In this document: in pieces, positions 9,525-20,013 of the stretch
Layout: every line of letters starts with the position of its first letter
How positions within the stretch are numbered: position 1 is the stretch's first letter
DNA from: Gammaproteobacteria bacterium
GTDB taxonomy: Bacteria; Pseudomonadota; Gammaproteobacteria; Ga0077536
NCBI GenBank assembly: GCA_963662545.2
Contig: CAXXLL010000002.1
Location: forward strand, 1,568,001 to 1,632,000
Length of the DNA: 64,000 bases
Direction of reading: 5' to 3'
Program-made: the position numbers and the translations under genes
Notes under the pieces: model-generated
Database searches by the model: none
The model's input: only the letters and a program-made list of their open reading frames with translations
What the model was told of the DNA's origin: nothing

Positions 9525-10541
9525 ATGAAACCTCGAGTACTTGCGTTAGCGCTATCACTCTCGCTGCTCGCGCTGCCCTTAGTGCAGGCGTCCGACACAG
9601 TCAGGATACGCCTCGGAACACTCGCACCGCGCGGTAGCGCTTGGCATCAGAACCTGCTCGATATCGGCGCGGCCTGGCGTACCGTCCAGGGCCGGGAAGC
9701 GCAGTTCATCATCTACACGGACGGGTCCCAGGGCGGCGAGGCGGACATGGTGCGCCGCATGCGCATCGGTCAGCTAAATGCCGCCCTGCTAACGGTCGTT
9801 GGTCTCGCGGAGATTGATGATTCCGTCTCGGTACTGCAGAAGATGCCGCTGGTGTTTCGTTCCTGGGACGAGCTTGACTACGTACGCGACAAACTGCGAC
9901 CGGACCTCGAGCGGCGGATCCTGGACAAGGGATTCGTGGTCCTGTGTTGGGGCGACGCGGGGTGGGTGCGCTTCTTCTCGAGCCAGCCCGCTTTGCGTCC
10001 CGCGGATTATCGCCCGATGAAAGTTTTCGCCTGGGCGGGCGACGCGCCGCAGGCCGAAATCATGAAATCGCTCGGTTATCGCCCGGTAGTACTGGAAGTT
10101 GCCGACATCCTGCCGGCGCTCCAGACGGGGATGATCGACATGGTACCGAGCTCGCCCTTCTGGGCTCTGACTCTGCAACTTTATCCGCACGCGCCGCACA
10201 TGCTCGAACTCGATTGGGCACCGATAGTGGGTGCAATTGTCGTCACGCGACGGTTGTGGGATCAGTTATCAGGCGAGAGTCGGACCGCGTTGCGTGCGGG
10301 TGCCGAGGCGAGCGGCGTGCGCATGCGCGCGCTCAGCCGCCGCGAACAGCGCGAGTCGGTCAAGGCGATGCGCAAACGTGGCCTCGTTGTCCACACGCCG
10401 TCGTCGGAGGTGGAAGCCGAATGGCGCACCATGGCTGAATCGCTTTACCCGAAGATTCGCGGGCGCATGGTGGCGCAGGAATTGTTCGACCAGGTGATGA
10501 GCCTGTTGCGCGACTACCGCGCCATAGGGACTTCGCAGTGA
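9525..10541 (+). CDS. dctP: TRAP transporter substrate-binding protein (DctP/TatP)
   Basis: IRLGTLAPRGSAW, GGEADMVRRMRIGQL, ILPALQTGMID; signal peptide. Confidence 0.9.
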   Translation: MKPRVLALALSLSLLALPLVQASDTVRIRLGTLAPRGSAWHQNLLDIGAAWRTVQGREAQFIIYTDGSQGGEADMVRRMRIGQLNAALLTVVGLAEIDDSVSVLQKMPLVFRSWDELDYVRDKLRPDLERRILDKGFVVLCWGDAGWVRFFSSQPALRPADYRPMKVFAWAGDAPQAEIMKSLGYRPVVLEVADILPALQTGMIDMVPSSPFWALTLQLYPHAPHMLELDWAPIVGAIVVTRRLWDQLSGESRTALRAGAEASGVRMRALSRREQRESVKAMRKRGLVVHTPSSEVEAEWRTMAESLYPKIRGRMVAQELFDQVMSLLRDYRAIGTSQ

Positions 10542-12507
10542 TTGAAAACCTGATTCTCGCATTCGCGATGGTGTCCATGGCGCTGATTCCGGTAATCGAG
10601 ATCGGTTTGCGCGCCATGCTCGGCACCGGTATCGCCGGCGCGGCGTCTTTCACGCAACATTTAGTGCTCATCGTCGGTATGCTCGGCGCCGCCGTCGCGG
10701 CCCGCGAGGGCAGGCTCATTTCGCTGGCAGCGGTGCCGGCGATGCTTCGAGGACAATGGCTCGAAGTGGTGCGCCTTATTGCCGGCGCGGTCGCCGTCGT
10801 GGTCAGCGCGCTGCTCTGCGCGGCGAGTTTGCAACTCGTGCAAGCCGAGCGCGCGGGCGGTAACGTCATCGCCTACGGGATCCCGGTGTGGGTAGGGCAG
10901 GCCATTCTGCCGGTAGGTTTTGCTCTGATCGCCTGGCGGACTGCGCGTGCCGCCTCGCAACGGTGGCCGGTGCGAATCGCTCTCGTTGCTGCGGCTGCCG
11001 TCGCCGCCGTTGCTGCCGCCGACGGCATGCCCTTGACGGACAGCGTGGCGTGGGCCGCGATTGCGGTCTTGATCCTCGCCGCTGTGCTAGGTGCGCCGGT
11101 GTTCGCAGCTGTCGGCGGTACGGCGCTGCTACTCTTTTGGAGCGACGGTCTGCCGATCGCCGCAGTGGCACTCGATCACTACCGATTGGTCTTGAACCCT
11201 TCGCTGCCCATGCTTCCGCTGTTCGCGCTCGTGGGCTATCTCCTTGCGGAAGGCGGCGCACCACGGCGATTGATCCGCGTCTTCGAGGCGTTCTTCGGTG
11301 CTTCCAGCAGAGGTGCCGCTTTGGTCACTGTACTGGCCTGCGCGTTCTTCACCTGTTTCTCGGGAGCCTCCGGCGTCACTATCATCGCGCTTGGCGGCAT
11401 GCTGCTACCACTCCTGCTGAAGGCGGGCTACAAGGAAAAGCGCGCACTCGGGTTGCTCGCAGCTGCAGGATCGCTCGGCGGACTGCTGCCGCCTGGTCTA
11501 CCGCTGGTGCTGTATGCCGTCGTCGCCAGGATACCGATCCGTGACATGTTTCTCGCCGGCATAGTGCCCGCGTTGCTGATGCTGACCCTGGTTACGCTAT
11601 GGGGTACCGCGCGGGGCTCGAGACGTAACGATGTAAGGCATCTTAGATTTCCAAGTGAAGTGCAACAAACATAATGCTGGAGTCACGCGCAAATTGCGAG
11701 AATAAATCACGACGCGTATCGCGCAGCCTATTGTTCTACCTGCAGATTTTTCGTGATCCTCTTGCAAGCTATTGAGGAGCATGAAAAACCTGCGTGTTGC
11801 ACTTACTTTGTGAATCCGGGCATAGTATCAGCGGGCGCGAGGTGGCCGCGGCGCTGTACGACGCCAAGTGGGAACTTGCGTTGCCGCCGGTAGTGTTTCT
11901 TGCGCTTTTCACCGGGCTGGCCACACCCGTCGAGGCGGCGGCAGTCGCCGTCATCTACGCATTTGCCATCGAGGTGCTGGTTTACCGCGACCTGAGCGTG
12001 CGGCTGGACCTGCCCCGCGTTCTCAAGGAGTGCGGTTTGCTCGTCGGCGGAATCCTGTTGATTCTCGGCGTGGCACTAGGTCTCAGCAACTACCTGGTCG
12101 ATGCGCACATTCCGGTGCGCGCCGCGGAATGGGCCGTCGCCGTTCTGCCGGAGCGCTGGATGTTCCTTGTCGTACTGAACCTGTTTCTCGTCCTCGTCGG
12201 ATGTTTCCTGGACATTTTTTCAGCGATCGTTGTACTGGTGCCGCTGCTGCTACCACTGGCGAGCGCTTTCGGAGTGGATCCGATCCACCTGGGCATAGTC
12301 CTGCTCGTCAACCTGCAACTCGGATACCTGACGCCCCCGATCGGGATGAACCTGTATTTCACGGCCAGTCGTTTCAACAAACCCTTGCCGGAAATCTTCC
12401 GTGCCGCGCTTCCCGCCGTCGGCGTGTACGCAATGGGAATGGTCGCTGTCACTGCGTTGCCGCTCCTGTCCACCGGACTGCCACGTTTGCTAGGGAGTCA
12501 ACTGTGA
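10538..12507 (+). pseudogene. dctM: Fused TRAP DctQ-DctM permease interrupted by a MITE
   Basis: FSGASGVTIIALGG, ATPVEAA, GVDPIHLG, GYLTPPIGMNL; removing 11642-11823 rejoins RNDVRH-SISGREV in frame (about 595 aa). Confidence 0.9.
11642..11820. mobile_element. IS30-type MITE (179 bp)
   Basis: Imperfect 26-bp IRs ending AAGTGCAACA (11642-11667, 11795-11820); 3-bp target duplication CAT (11639-11641, 11821-11823); AT-rich, no transposase. Confidence 0.85.
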
Positions 12508-12628
12508 ACGCCGATCCGGTTCAGCGTTCCCACCCGCAGCATCGCCCTTACGGTCGGCACGCGTGCGGTTCGACTCCACGAACAGCGGTCCACGTCGTAC
12601 ATGGCACACATCTACGAGGGTTCGCCGA

Positions 12629-14104
12629 ATGAGCAAGACCGAACAAGAAGTCATAGTCGTGGGCGCCGGCCTGGCCGGACTCGCCGTCTCCTACTACCTT
12701 GCGCGCCAGAATATCTCGCACCTGATACTGGAAAAGTCGCGCCGGGTCGGCGGGATCTGGAGTTCGATGCACTGGCCGGGTCTGCGTTGCGACACCGAGA
12801 TTCAGAACTACTCCTACAGTTTCAACCCGTTCATCTCGTCGCAATACCTGGTGTCGGGAGAAACGATCGCGAAATATCTGCGCTCGACTGCGCAAGGATT
12901 CGGGATGATGGAACGAGTTTGTTTTGATACGCGGGTCGAGCGCGCGCAATTCTGCAGCCGGGATGCGCGTTGGACCCTGACGACCAATCGTGGCGTATTT
13001 CGTACCCGTTTCCTCGTCAACGCTAACGGCTATTTCGATGATCGCCCCTATATCCCCGAACTTGTTAACCGCGATGTATTTGCAGGTGAGGTCGAACACC
13101 TGTTCGACTTGCACGATGTGGCGAGACTACGCAACCGGCGCGTCCTGCTGGTTGGTAGCGGAGCCTCGGCGATTTCCGCAACGCCGGCTATCGCTGCGGC
13201 CAGCAAATCGTTGACTCTGCTGCAGCGTTCGCCTTCATATATCTACGAGCAGGACAATCGCATCGGGCTATTCGCGGACCTTGCCCAGCGCTGCTACTGC
13301 AGGGGTTATCCAATGGTGCTCAGAGTCTACAACTTTCTGCTGCAGCTCAAGTACGACCTGCTCTTCGTAACGTTCCGTGCAGCGCCGTGGGTCGGCCGAC
13401 TCTTCTTTCGTAATCATTGGAGAAAGTCGGTGAGTGGGCGGACCTATGCCAAGCAATTCACGCCGAGTTACAACCCGTGGGAGCAACGCATTCCTGTGGC
13501 TCTAGGGTTGCGCAAACTGCTTGAGACGAACGCGATCGACGTCGTTACCGGCAACATTGAACGCTTCGATCGAACTGGTGTTCGCCTCACCGATGGCCGC
13601 CGAATCGAGGTCGATCACTGCGTACTCGCCACCGGCTTCAACCTCAATTTCTTCCGTTTCGAACTAGCCGTGGACGGTCGTGATGTCGATACCCGACGGA
13701 TCAACTTCTACAAAGGAATGATGATGGGTGGTATCCCGAACTACTTCCAGCCCTTCGGATCGCCGCATACGTCATTTACCCGTCGCATTGAAACCGTGTC
13801 AAAGCTGATCGTGCGGATTCTGTGCCACATGCACCAGCGCGGTCTGGATACGGTATCGATTCCGCGCCGAAGCATCCGCCAGAATCCGCGCATCACGCCG
13901 GGGTACATCATGCGCGATTTGCCTCGTCTGCCGGCGTTTCATGGATCGCTTGAATTGCCTTCGATTGATAACCTGCTGTTTTATCGCTTTCGGCCGCGCA
14001 GTTATCGATTCGGCAAGATCGATGAACGACCATCTGCCAACGCGATTGTGGACATGCCGCAGATTGATAGCGACCAAGCTCGGGAATGGAATTATGGAAG
14101 CTGA
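12629..14104 (+). CDS. Flavin-containing (Baeyer-Villiger, EthA-like) monooxygenase
   Basis: VVGAGLAG, GGIW..WPGLRCD, VFAGEVEH, LVGSGASA, LQRSPSY, VLATGF. Confidence 0.9.
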   Translation: MSKTEQEVIVVGAGLAGLAVSYYLARQNISHLILEKSRRVGGIWSSMHWPGLRCDTEIQNYSYSFNPFISSQYLVSGETIAKYLRSTAQGFGMMERVCFDTRVERAQFCSRDARWTLTTNRGVFRTRFLVNANGYFDDRPYIPELVNRDVFAGEVEHLFDLHDVARLRNRRVLLVGSGASAISATPAIAAASKSLTLLQRSPSYIYEQDNRIGLFADLAQRCYCRGYPMVLRVYNFLLQLKYDLLFVTFRAAPWVGRLFFRNHWRKSVSGRTYAKQFTPSYNPWEQRIPVALGLRKLLETNAIDVVTGNIERFDRTGVRLTDGRRIEVDHCVLATGFNLNFFRFELAVDGRDVDTRRINFYKGMMMGGIPNYFQPFGSPHTSFTRRIETVSKLIVRILCHMHQRGLDTVSIPRRSIRQNPRITPGYIMRDLPRLPAFHGSLELPSIDNLLFYRFRPRSYRFGKIDERPSANAIVDMPQIDSDQAREWNYGS

Positions 14105-14876
14105 CTGGATGCATGATCGTGCTGACGGAGAGTCGGCCCGCCAGTTCGCACAGCACCGGGGCTGGGGCTTCAAACCATTCTGGTTGGTTGCATGTCTGAT
14201 ATCCGTGCCGCTGGTGGCCAGTCTTTTCTGGTGGCTCGGTACTCGTTTCTTCGATTCGGAGCTGAGCTTCATCGAGTTTCACCAGTTTGGCGTCGTGCTC
14301 GCCGCAGTAGTTGCCGGCGCCTATCAATTGTATTTCTGGGTGCAGCGCAACAATCGGCATGTTGCCACGCGCTGCATGCGGACGCCGATCGACGATCACA
14401 TTCCCTTCTGGCCGAGCTGGGTTTGGTTTTACAGTTTTTTCTATTTCATCGTGATCGGTCTGACCGTAGTGTCGATTCGCGACCTGGCTCATGGCGTGCA
14501 CCTCATCTTTGGCGGCGTGATGCTGGTGGTGATCGGCTCGGTGATCTTCTACGTCTTTCCGACCGAAGTTCCCAATTCGTACCGCCGCTTCGAGATCACC
14601 GGCCTGGCGACGCGCTACCTCGCGTTCATCCAGTCGATGGACAATAGTCGCAATGCGTTTCCAAGTATGCATTGCGCGATCGCGACGTACATCGGGCTAG
14701 TCGTGAGCAGCCTGCCGGACATTGGCGCATGGCTTGGCATCGGTCAGGTCGTGACGATCGCAATCAGCTGTGTCGTGGTCAAACAGCACGTGCTCGTCGA
14801 CACCGTTGCCGGTATCGCCCTGGGCGCGGTCGTGTACTACCTCAATTTCGGCCTGACGTTGTTATTGTCAGTTTGA
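14094..14876 (+). CDS. PAP2-superfamily membrane phosphatase/phosphotransferase (IPC-synthase-like)
   Basis: TPIDDHIPF, FYVFPT, NAFPSMHCA, KQHVLVDTVAG; multiple TM helices; overlaps the upstream stop codon. Confidence 0.8.
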   Translation: MEADWMHDRADGESARQFAQHRGWGFKPFWLVACLISVPLVASLFWWLGTRFFDSELSFIEFHQFGVVLAAVVAGAYQLYFWVQRNNRHVATRCMRTPIDDHIPFWPSWVWFYSFFYFIVIGLTVVSIRDLAHGVHLIFGGVMLVVIGSVIFYVFPTEVPNSYRRFEITGLATRYLAFIQSMDNSRNAFPSMHCAIATYIGLVVSSLPDIGAWLGIGQVVTIAISCVVVKQHVLVDTVAGIALGAVVYYLNFGLTLLLSV

Positions 14877-14960
14877 TGTCATGCGCTTTCGGCATCGATC
14901 CCCCATCCGCTGCTACCTTGTCAGCCGAGCGAGAGTCAAAGGAAGCAAAGGGGACAGTTT

Positions 14961-16314
14961 CTGAAGGCTCCCCATGAATACAACAAAAAAACGAATGGGA
15001 AATAGCCATTTAGGAAAATAAATAACGAACAATAGGGAACATGCATGACGCTCGGTGATCAATAACGGTGACGAAACCCAATGGGTCACGGGAGAACGCC
15101 ATGCATGCACTGAGATTGTTGCACAAAATGATGGCGCAAGCCTGTCCGCAGATACACGCGGTAAGGCTAACGGCATTGATGGCGAGCGTTGAGGCGCTGC
15201 TGGTAGGTCGTCAGATGAGCTTAGCCGGTCTTGGTCGCGCCATGGTGTCGGGGGCGCGAGTCAAGCACAACATCAAGCGAGTCGACCGGTTAATTGGCAA
15301 CCGTCATCTGTGGGGAGAACGAACGGAACTCTATGGGGCGATGGCGGGGCTGGTGCTTGGACAAGGACCACGTCCGGTAATTATTCTGGACTGGTCGGAT
15401 ATGCGCGAAGATCGGTCATGGCAGTTGTTGCGTGCGGCGGTTCCGGTGGGAGGCCGTTCACTGACGCTCTACGAAGAAGTACATCCCTTGTCGGCGTATG
15501 ACAACCGGGGTGTCAGGAAACGGTTTCTAGACCGTCTTCGAGAGATCTTACCACCGGGGTGTCGCCCGCTCTTAGTCACGGATGCCGGCTTCCGGACGAC
15601 TTGGTTTAGACAGGTCGAAGCGATGGGTTGGGACTGGGTCGGTCGGGTCCGCGGGCGCACCCATTTCCGGCTGGACAACCAGGCAAGCTGGCAACCGTGC
15701 CGGACGTTGCATGCGATGGCCAACTCACGTGTGCGGCATATCGGGACAGTCGAACTAACGGTATCGAATCCATTGGCCTGTGACCTGTACCTGGTGAAGA
15801 AGAAAAAGCGTGGCCGTCAACAACTGACCTGCCGCGGCACGCGTGCCCGTGGTGGCCGCAGCCTTAGCTGTGAACGACGCCAGCGCGAACCCTGGATATT
15901 GGTCACCTCACTGGGGTCGCGCGCGGCCCAGCAGGTGATGCGGTGTTATCAGTTGCGCATGCAAATTGAGGAGAGTTTCCGGGATATGAAAAATGCCCGT
16001 TTGGGACTGCACTTCCGCAGCGCGCGTTCCAACAGCGCCGAGCGGCTCTCGATCCTCGTCCTGATTGGTACGTTGGCAACATTAGTCGCTTGGTTAGTCG
16101 GCCAAGCGATGCAGCGTTTCGGGCTGCAGCGCCATTACCAAGCGAATACAACCCGGCATCGGCCGGTACTCTCCACCGTCTTTCTGGGCTTGCAAAGTTT
16201 TCGCAGGCAACCCGTAAAGCTTATGCTGGCGGACATCAAGCAATCGATTATCGCCTTACATCAAATTACTTCAATCCCGTTGAGTTATGCGTGAATTTCG
16301 TGGGGATCCTTCAG
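14961..16314 (+). mobile_element. IS4-family (IS10-group) insertion sequence
   Basis: IRs CTGAAGGCTCCCCATGAA and CTGAAGGATCCCCACGAA; 9-bp flanks GGACAGTTT/GGACAGATT (8/9 match). Confidence 0.9.
15101..16294 (+). CDS. IS4-family transposase
   Basis: KHNIKRVDRL, IILDWS, VTDAGF, WDWVGRVR, YQLRMQIEESFRDMK (YREK motif). Confidence 0.95.
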   Translation: MHALRLLHKMMAQACPQIHAVRLTALMASVEALLVGRQMSLAGLGRAMVSGARVKHNIKRVDRLIGNRHLWGERTELYGAMAGLVLGQGPRPVIILDWSDMREDRSWQLLRAAVPVGGRSLTLYEEVHPLSAYDNRGVRKRFLDRLREILPPGCRPLLVTDAGFRTTWFRQVEAMGWDWVGRVRGRTHFRLDNQASWQPCRTLHAMANSRVRHIGTVELTVSNPLACDLYLVKKKKRGRQQLTCRGTRARGGRSLSCERRQREPWILVTSLGSRAAQQVMRCYQLRMQIEESFRDMKNARLGLHFRSARSNSAERLSILVLIGTLATLVAWLVGQAMQRFGLQRHYQANTTRHRPVLSTVFLGLQSFRRQPVKLMLADIKQSIIALHQITSIPLSYA

Positions 16315-16322
16315 GGACAGAT

Positions 16323-16500
16323 TTATTTGGCAGGTTGCTTGGGTTGATTGCCGGGCGCCCGGTGTTCGATGCGCCGACCAATTATCTGCTCCACTTGGTC
16401 AATAAACCGATTGTCCCCGGTTAGTTGCCCTCGCTGTAGCGCCGTTCTAAACAATGAGAGTTCTTCTTCAGGCAACCCTTGCTCGACAAAAGAAATATAT
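16323..16500 (-). pseudogene. C-terminal remnant of a REP-associated tyrosine transposase (RAYT)
   Basis: YISFVEQGLPEEELSLFRTALQRGQLTGDNRFIDQVEQIIGRRIEHRAPG resembles RAYT C-termini; flanked by GGGGACAGATTTATTT and a REP-like palindrome. Confidence 0.6.
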
Positions 16501-16512
16501 CTGCATAGGGAT

Positions 16513-16570
16513 CCGGGGTCGGATCTTGCGTTTTGCCTACGCGTTAGCAAAAGGCAAGATCTGACCCCGG
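16513..16570. repeat. REP/REPIN-like palindrome
   Basis: CCGGGGTCGGATCTTGCGTTTTGC-N10-GCAAAAGGCAAGATCTGACCCCGG. Confidence 0.8.
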
Positions 16571-16671
16571 ATTTCCTCCGATTATATGGCGCGGATACGC
16601 GCAACGTACGCGGGTTTAAGGGTGGCTCGCTTGTTAGCGGGCCGGCGGCTATTATCACTTGCGGGAGGGTA

Positions 16672-18816
16672 ATGAACGTGGATAAACGAGTCGAGCGGCG
16701 CTACCGTAACTGCCACATGTGCGAGGCGGTCTGCGGCCTCGAATTCGAAATAGCGAATGGCCGGGTGCTCGCGATTCACGGCGATAAGGACGATCCCCTA
16801 AGCCGGGGTTACATCTGCCCCAAGGGCGTCGCGATCAAGGACATGTACGATGATCCGGACCGCTTGCGGCAACCGGTCAAACGCGTCGGATCGGATTGGC
16901 AGGCGATCGGTTGGGACGAAGCCTTGGATTACGCCGCGGACGGCCTAGTCGACGTGCAGCGCCGTTTCGGCAACGATGCGGTTGCCGATTTTATCGGCAA
17001 TGCCTACGGCTGCATTTACGGTATCTTGACGCATATCGGCTACCTGCGTGCCGCGTTGGGATCGCGCAACAGCGCCTCACTCGCGTCGATCGATCACATC
17101 GCCCACTTGATGACGAGCGTCGCGATGTACGGTCATCAGTACCTGTTGCCCGTGCCCGATCTGGATCGTACCGAGTATCTCGTAATCGCGGGCGCCAATC
17201 CACTCATGTCCAACGGTAGCCTCATGACCGCGCCGGGCGCGCGCGACCGATTCAAAGCCATACAGGCGCGCGGCGGAAAAATCGTGGTCATCGACCCGCG
17301 GCGAAGTGAAACCGCCCGGCTCGCGAACGAACATCATTTCATCAAGCCGGGGACCGATGCGGCGCTTGCCGCCGCCGTGCTCAACACGCTGTTCGAGGAA
17401 GGACTGACCAATCCGCGCGCATTGACCGGCATGTTGAACGGAGTCAACGAAGCCGCGGCTCGGCTTACGTCATTCACGCCGGAGCGCGCCGCCGCGGTTA
17501 CGGGCATTGAGGCGGAGACCATTCGTCACATCGCGCGCGATTTTGCCGCCGCCGACCGCGCCGTGTGGTACGGCCGCGTCGGCACCTGCGCCCAACAATT
17601 CGGCACGATCACCCAATGGTTGTTCAGCCTGATCAACGTCGTCACCGGTAACCTCGACCGGCCGGGTGGATTCATGTGGACGACGCCCGCGGTCGATCTA
17701 ACCGCCGATCCAAACGCCGATCCAGGGCGCTATGCCGAGTGGCGAACGCGGCTGCGTGGATTGCCATCGTTCGGTGGCGAGGTACCGGCGGCGACCTTCG
17801 CCGAAGAGATGCTGACCGAAGGCGAAGGCCAGATCCGCGCGTTCGTCAGCATTGCCGGCAATCCGGTCTTATCGTTCCCGAACGGACCGCGCGTCGACGA
17901 AGCACTCGCATCACTCGAGTTCATGGTCGCCTTGGAACCGTATATCAACGCGACCTCGCGCCATGCCAACGTCATCCTGCCCGCGCCCCGCGCGCTGGAA
18001 TGCGACCATTACGAAATGGTTTTTTATAGTTTCGCCGTACGCAATGTGACCAAATACATGCAACCCGTATTTCCTGTCACCGACGGCGCGATGCTCGACT
18101 GGGAGATCATGGTCGCCCTCGGCCAACGGATCGCCGAGCGCAAGGGCGAGCCTGTAATGCCAACCATGAGCCCCGCTGAGATGATGGACCTGGCGCTGCA
18201 AAGCGGACACTACGGCAAAGCCGCGGGCCACCCGTTAGAACTGAACCTCGACAAGCTGAAGGCGCATCCCAACGGTATCGATCTCGGCCCGCTGGAATCC
18301 CGCTTACCGGATTGCTTGCAAACGCCGGATCAAAAGATTCACTGCGCGCCGCCCGAACAGATGGCAGATCTCCAGCGCCTCGAAACAGAGCTCTTCAGTG
18401 GGCGTACGAATGATGATCTCGTACTCATCGGCCGCCGTCACGTGCGCAGCAAAAACACTCAAACTCAAAATTGCGAGCGCTTGATGCGCGGCCCTAATCT
18501 CTGCACGCTGTTCATGCATCCGGACGATCTAGCAGAGCGCCAACTGCAAGACGGTCAATTGGTGCGTGTCGCCTCGCCAGTGGGCGCCGTAAATCTGCCG
18601 GTCAAAGCGACCGATGAAATCATGCGCGGCGTCGTCAGCATCCCGCATGGGTTTGATCACGGGCGCGCGGGTACGCGCTTGAGCGTTGCGTCAAAGCATG
18701 CGGCAGTGAGCGTAAATGACTTGACTGACGATCGGCACATCGACGTCGTAACCGGCATGCCGGCATTCAACGGCGTGCCCGTTAGTGTCGATCGCGCTCC
18801 GGAAAAAACCACCTAA
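16672..18816 (+). CDS. Molybdopterin (bis-MGD) oxidoreductase
   Basis: CHMCEAVC...GYICPKG 4Fe-4S motif, DPDRLRQP, GANPLMSNGS, VIDPRRSETA, MHPDD, GVVSIPHGF; RBS GGGAGG before ATG 16672. Confidence 0.9.
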   Translation: MNVDKRVERRYRNCHMCEAVCGLEFEIANGRVLAIHGDKDDPLSRGYICPKGVAIKDMYDDPDRLRQPVKRVGSDWQAIGWDEALDYAADGLVDVQRRFGNDAVADFIGNAYGCIYGILTHIGYLRAALGSRNSASLASIDHIAHLMTSVAMYGHQYLLPVPDLDRTEYLVIAGANPLMSNGSLMTAPGARDRFKAIQARGGKIVVIDPRRSETARLANEHHFIKPGTDAALAAAVLNTLFEEGLTNPRALTGMLNGVNEAAARLTSFTPERAAAVTGIEAETIRHIARDFAAADRAVWYGRVGTCAQQFGTITQWLFSLINVVTGNLDRPGGFMWTTPAVDLTADPNADPGRYAEWRTRLRGLPSFGGEVPAATFAEEMLTEGEGQIRAFVSIAGNPVLSFPNGPRVDEALASLEFMVALEPYINATSRHANVILPAPRALECDHYEMVFYSFAVRNVTKYMQPVFPVTDGAMLDWEIMVALGQRIAERKGEPVMPTMSPAEMMDLALQSGHYGKAAGHPLELNLDKLKAHPNGIDLGPLESRLPDCLQTPDQKIHCAPPEQMADLQRLETELFSGRTNDDLVLIGRRHVRSKNTQTQNCERLMRGPNLCTLFMHPDDLAERQLQDGQLVRVASPVGAVNLPVKATDEIMRGVVSIPHGFDHGRAGTRLSVASKHAAVSVNDLTDDRHIDVVTGMPAFNGVPVSVDRAPEKTT

Positions 18817-19152
18817 ACAAAGGGAGAGTCTCACTCGAGGTCCTTGCCTAATCCAATCCTGTGGCTGCAGCGTTAAGCCAAAAACCGTGTCGAGGCGCAA
18901 AAAGCATTTACCTCGGATCCCGAGGTCGTCGAGCGCGCGCAAGATGAACGCGGCCTATCTCAAGGCCGTGGAGAATGGAGAAGGCGCAGCCCAAGTCGAC
19001 GCGTTTCTCGTCGACGCTGCCACGATGCGCCTGTACGGCAAAGTATTGGAGATGGCCGACCGGATTGGCATGTAGGCGGGAGTCATTGCGATCGTATTTG
19101 GGTGCCGGGACTTAAGAAATGGTCCATGAGCCGGAATTAAGGGAGCACGTTA

Positions 19153-20013
19153 ATGAAACTAGGGGTGTTGAGTTTTAACACGGAATACTCGATCAGAGCC
19201 GACGATTTGGCGATCGCCGCTGAACAACGAGGATTCGAGTCGGTGTGGTTTCCAGAGCACACGCACATTCCCGCCAGCCGTGAAACTCCCTGGCCAGGGA
19301 ACGGCCCCCTGCCGAAGGAATACGTACACATGTCGGATCCCTTTGCGAGCGCGGCCGCTGCCGCGGTGGTGACGAAGACGCTCAAAATCGGCACCGGCAT
19401 CTGCCTCGTCATCGAACACGAACCGATCGCGCTGGCGAAGACGGTCGCGACGGTCGACCGCTTATCCGACGGGCGGTTTCTCTTCGGCGTTGGCGCGGGA
19501 TGGAATCGCGAGGAGATGGAGAATCACGGCACGCCCTATGAAGAGCGATGGAAGATATTGGAAGAGCACGTCAAGGCGATGAAAGAGCTTTGGACCGCGG
19601 AAGAAGCGACTTTCCACGGAAAATACGTCAATTTCGATAAGATCTGGTCTTACCCTAAGCCGGTGCAGCAACCGCATCCGCCCGTGATCCTCGGCACCTT
19701 CGGCTCCAAGTGGGGCCGCCAACGGGTCGCCGATTTCTGCGATGGCTGGATCCCCATCGATCTATTTCACGAGGATATGAAGCACGACATCGAGGACCTC
19801 GACAAGCGACTGAAGGCGAACGGGCGTAGCCTTGAGGATGTGAGTATCTCGATGTTCGATATTTTTGAAACGCCGGAAGACGATCTCAAGCGTTTCGTCG
19901 ACATGGGCTGCGTCGAACGTGCGATCCCCCGGTGCCCCACCGAAGACCGGGATACTGTGCTACGCTGGCTCGATCGATATGCCGAAATCGGACGCCGCAT
20001 CGGCGCGATTTGA
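19153..20013 (+). CDS. LLM-class flavin/F420-dependent oxidoreductase
   Basis: AEQRGFESVWFPEHTHIP, LAKTVATVDRLSDGRFLFGVGAGWNREE, YPKPVQQPHPP. Confidence 0.9.
   Translation: MKLGVLSFNTEYSIRADDLAIAAEQRGFESVWFPEHTHIPASRETPWPGNGPLPKEYVHMSDPFASAAAAAVVTKTLKIGTGICLVIEHEPIALAKTVATVDRLSDGRFLFGVGAGWNREEMENHGTPYEERWKILEEHVKAMKELWTAEEATFHGKYVNFDKIWSYPKPVQQPHPPVILGTFGSKWGRQRVADFCDGWIPIDLFHEDMKHDIEDLDKRLKANGRSLEDVSISMFDIFETPEDDLKRFVDMGCVERAIPRCPTEDRDTVLRWLDRYAEIGRRIGAI

Noticed and set aside
11794-12507. Independent dctM gene
   Set aside because: Its start lies inside the MITE IR; it is the 3' half of the split dctQM
16348-16671. 108-aa N-terminal extension of the molybdopterin enzyme in the ORF track
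   Set aside because: It overlaps the RAYT remnant and the palindrome; ATG 16672 has an RBS and directly precedes the Fe-S motif
18785-19075. Small ORF after the molybdopterin enzyme
   Set aside because: No clear RBS or motif; at most a gene remnant
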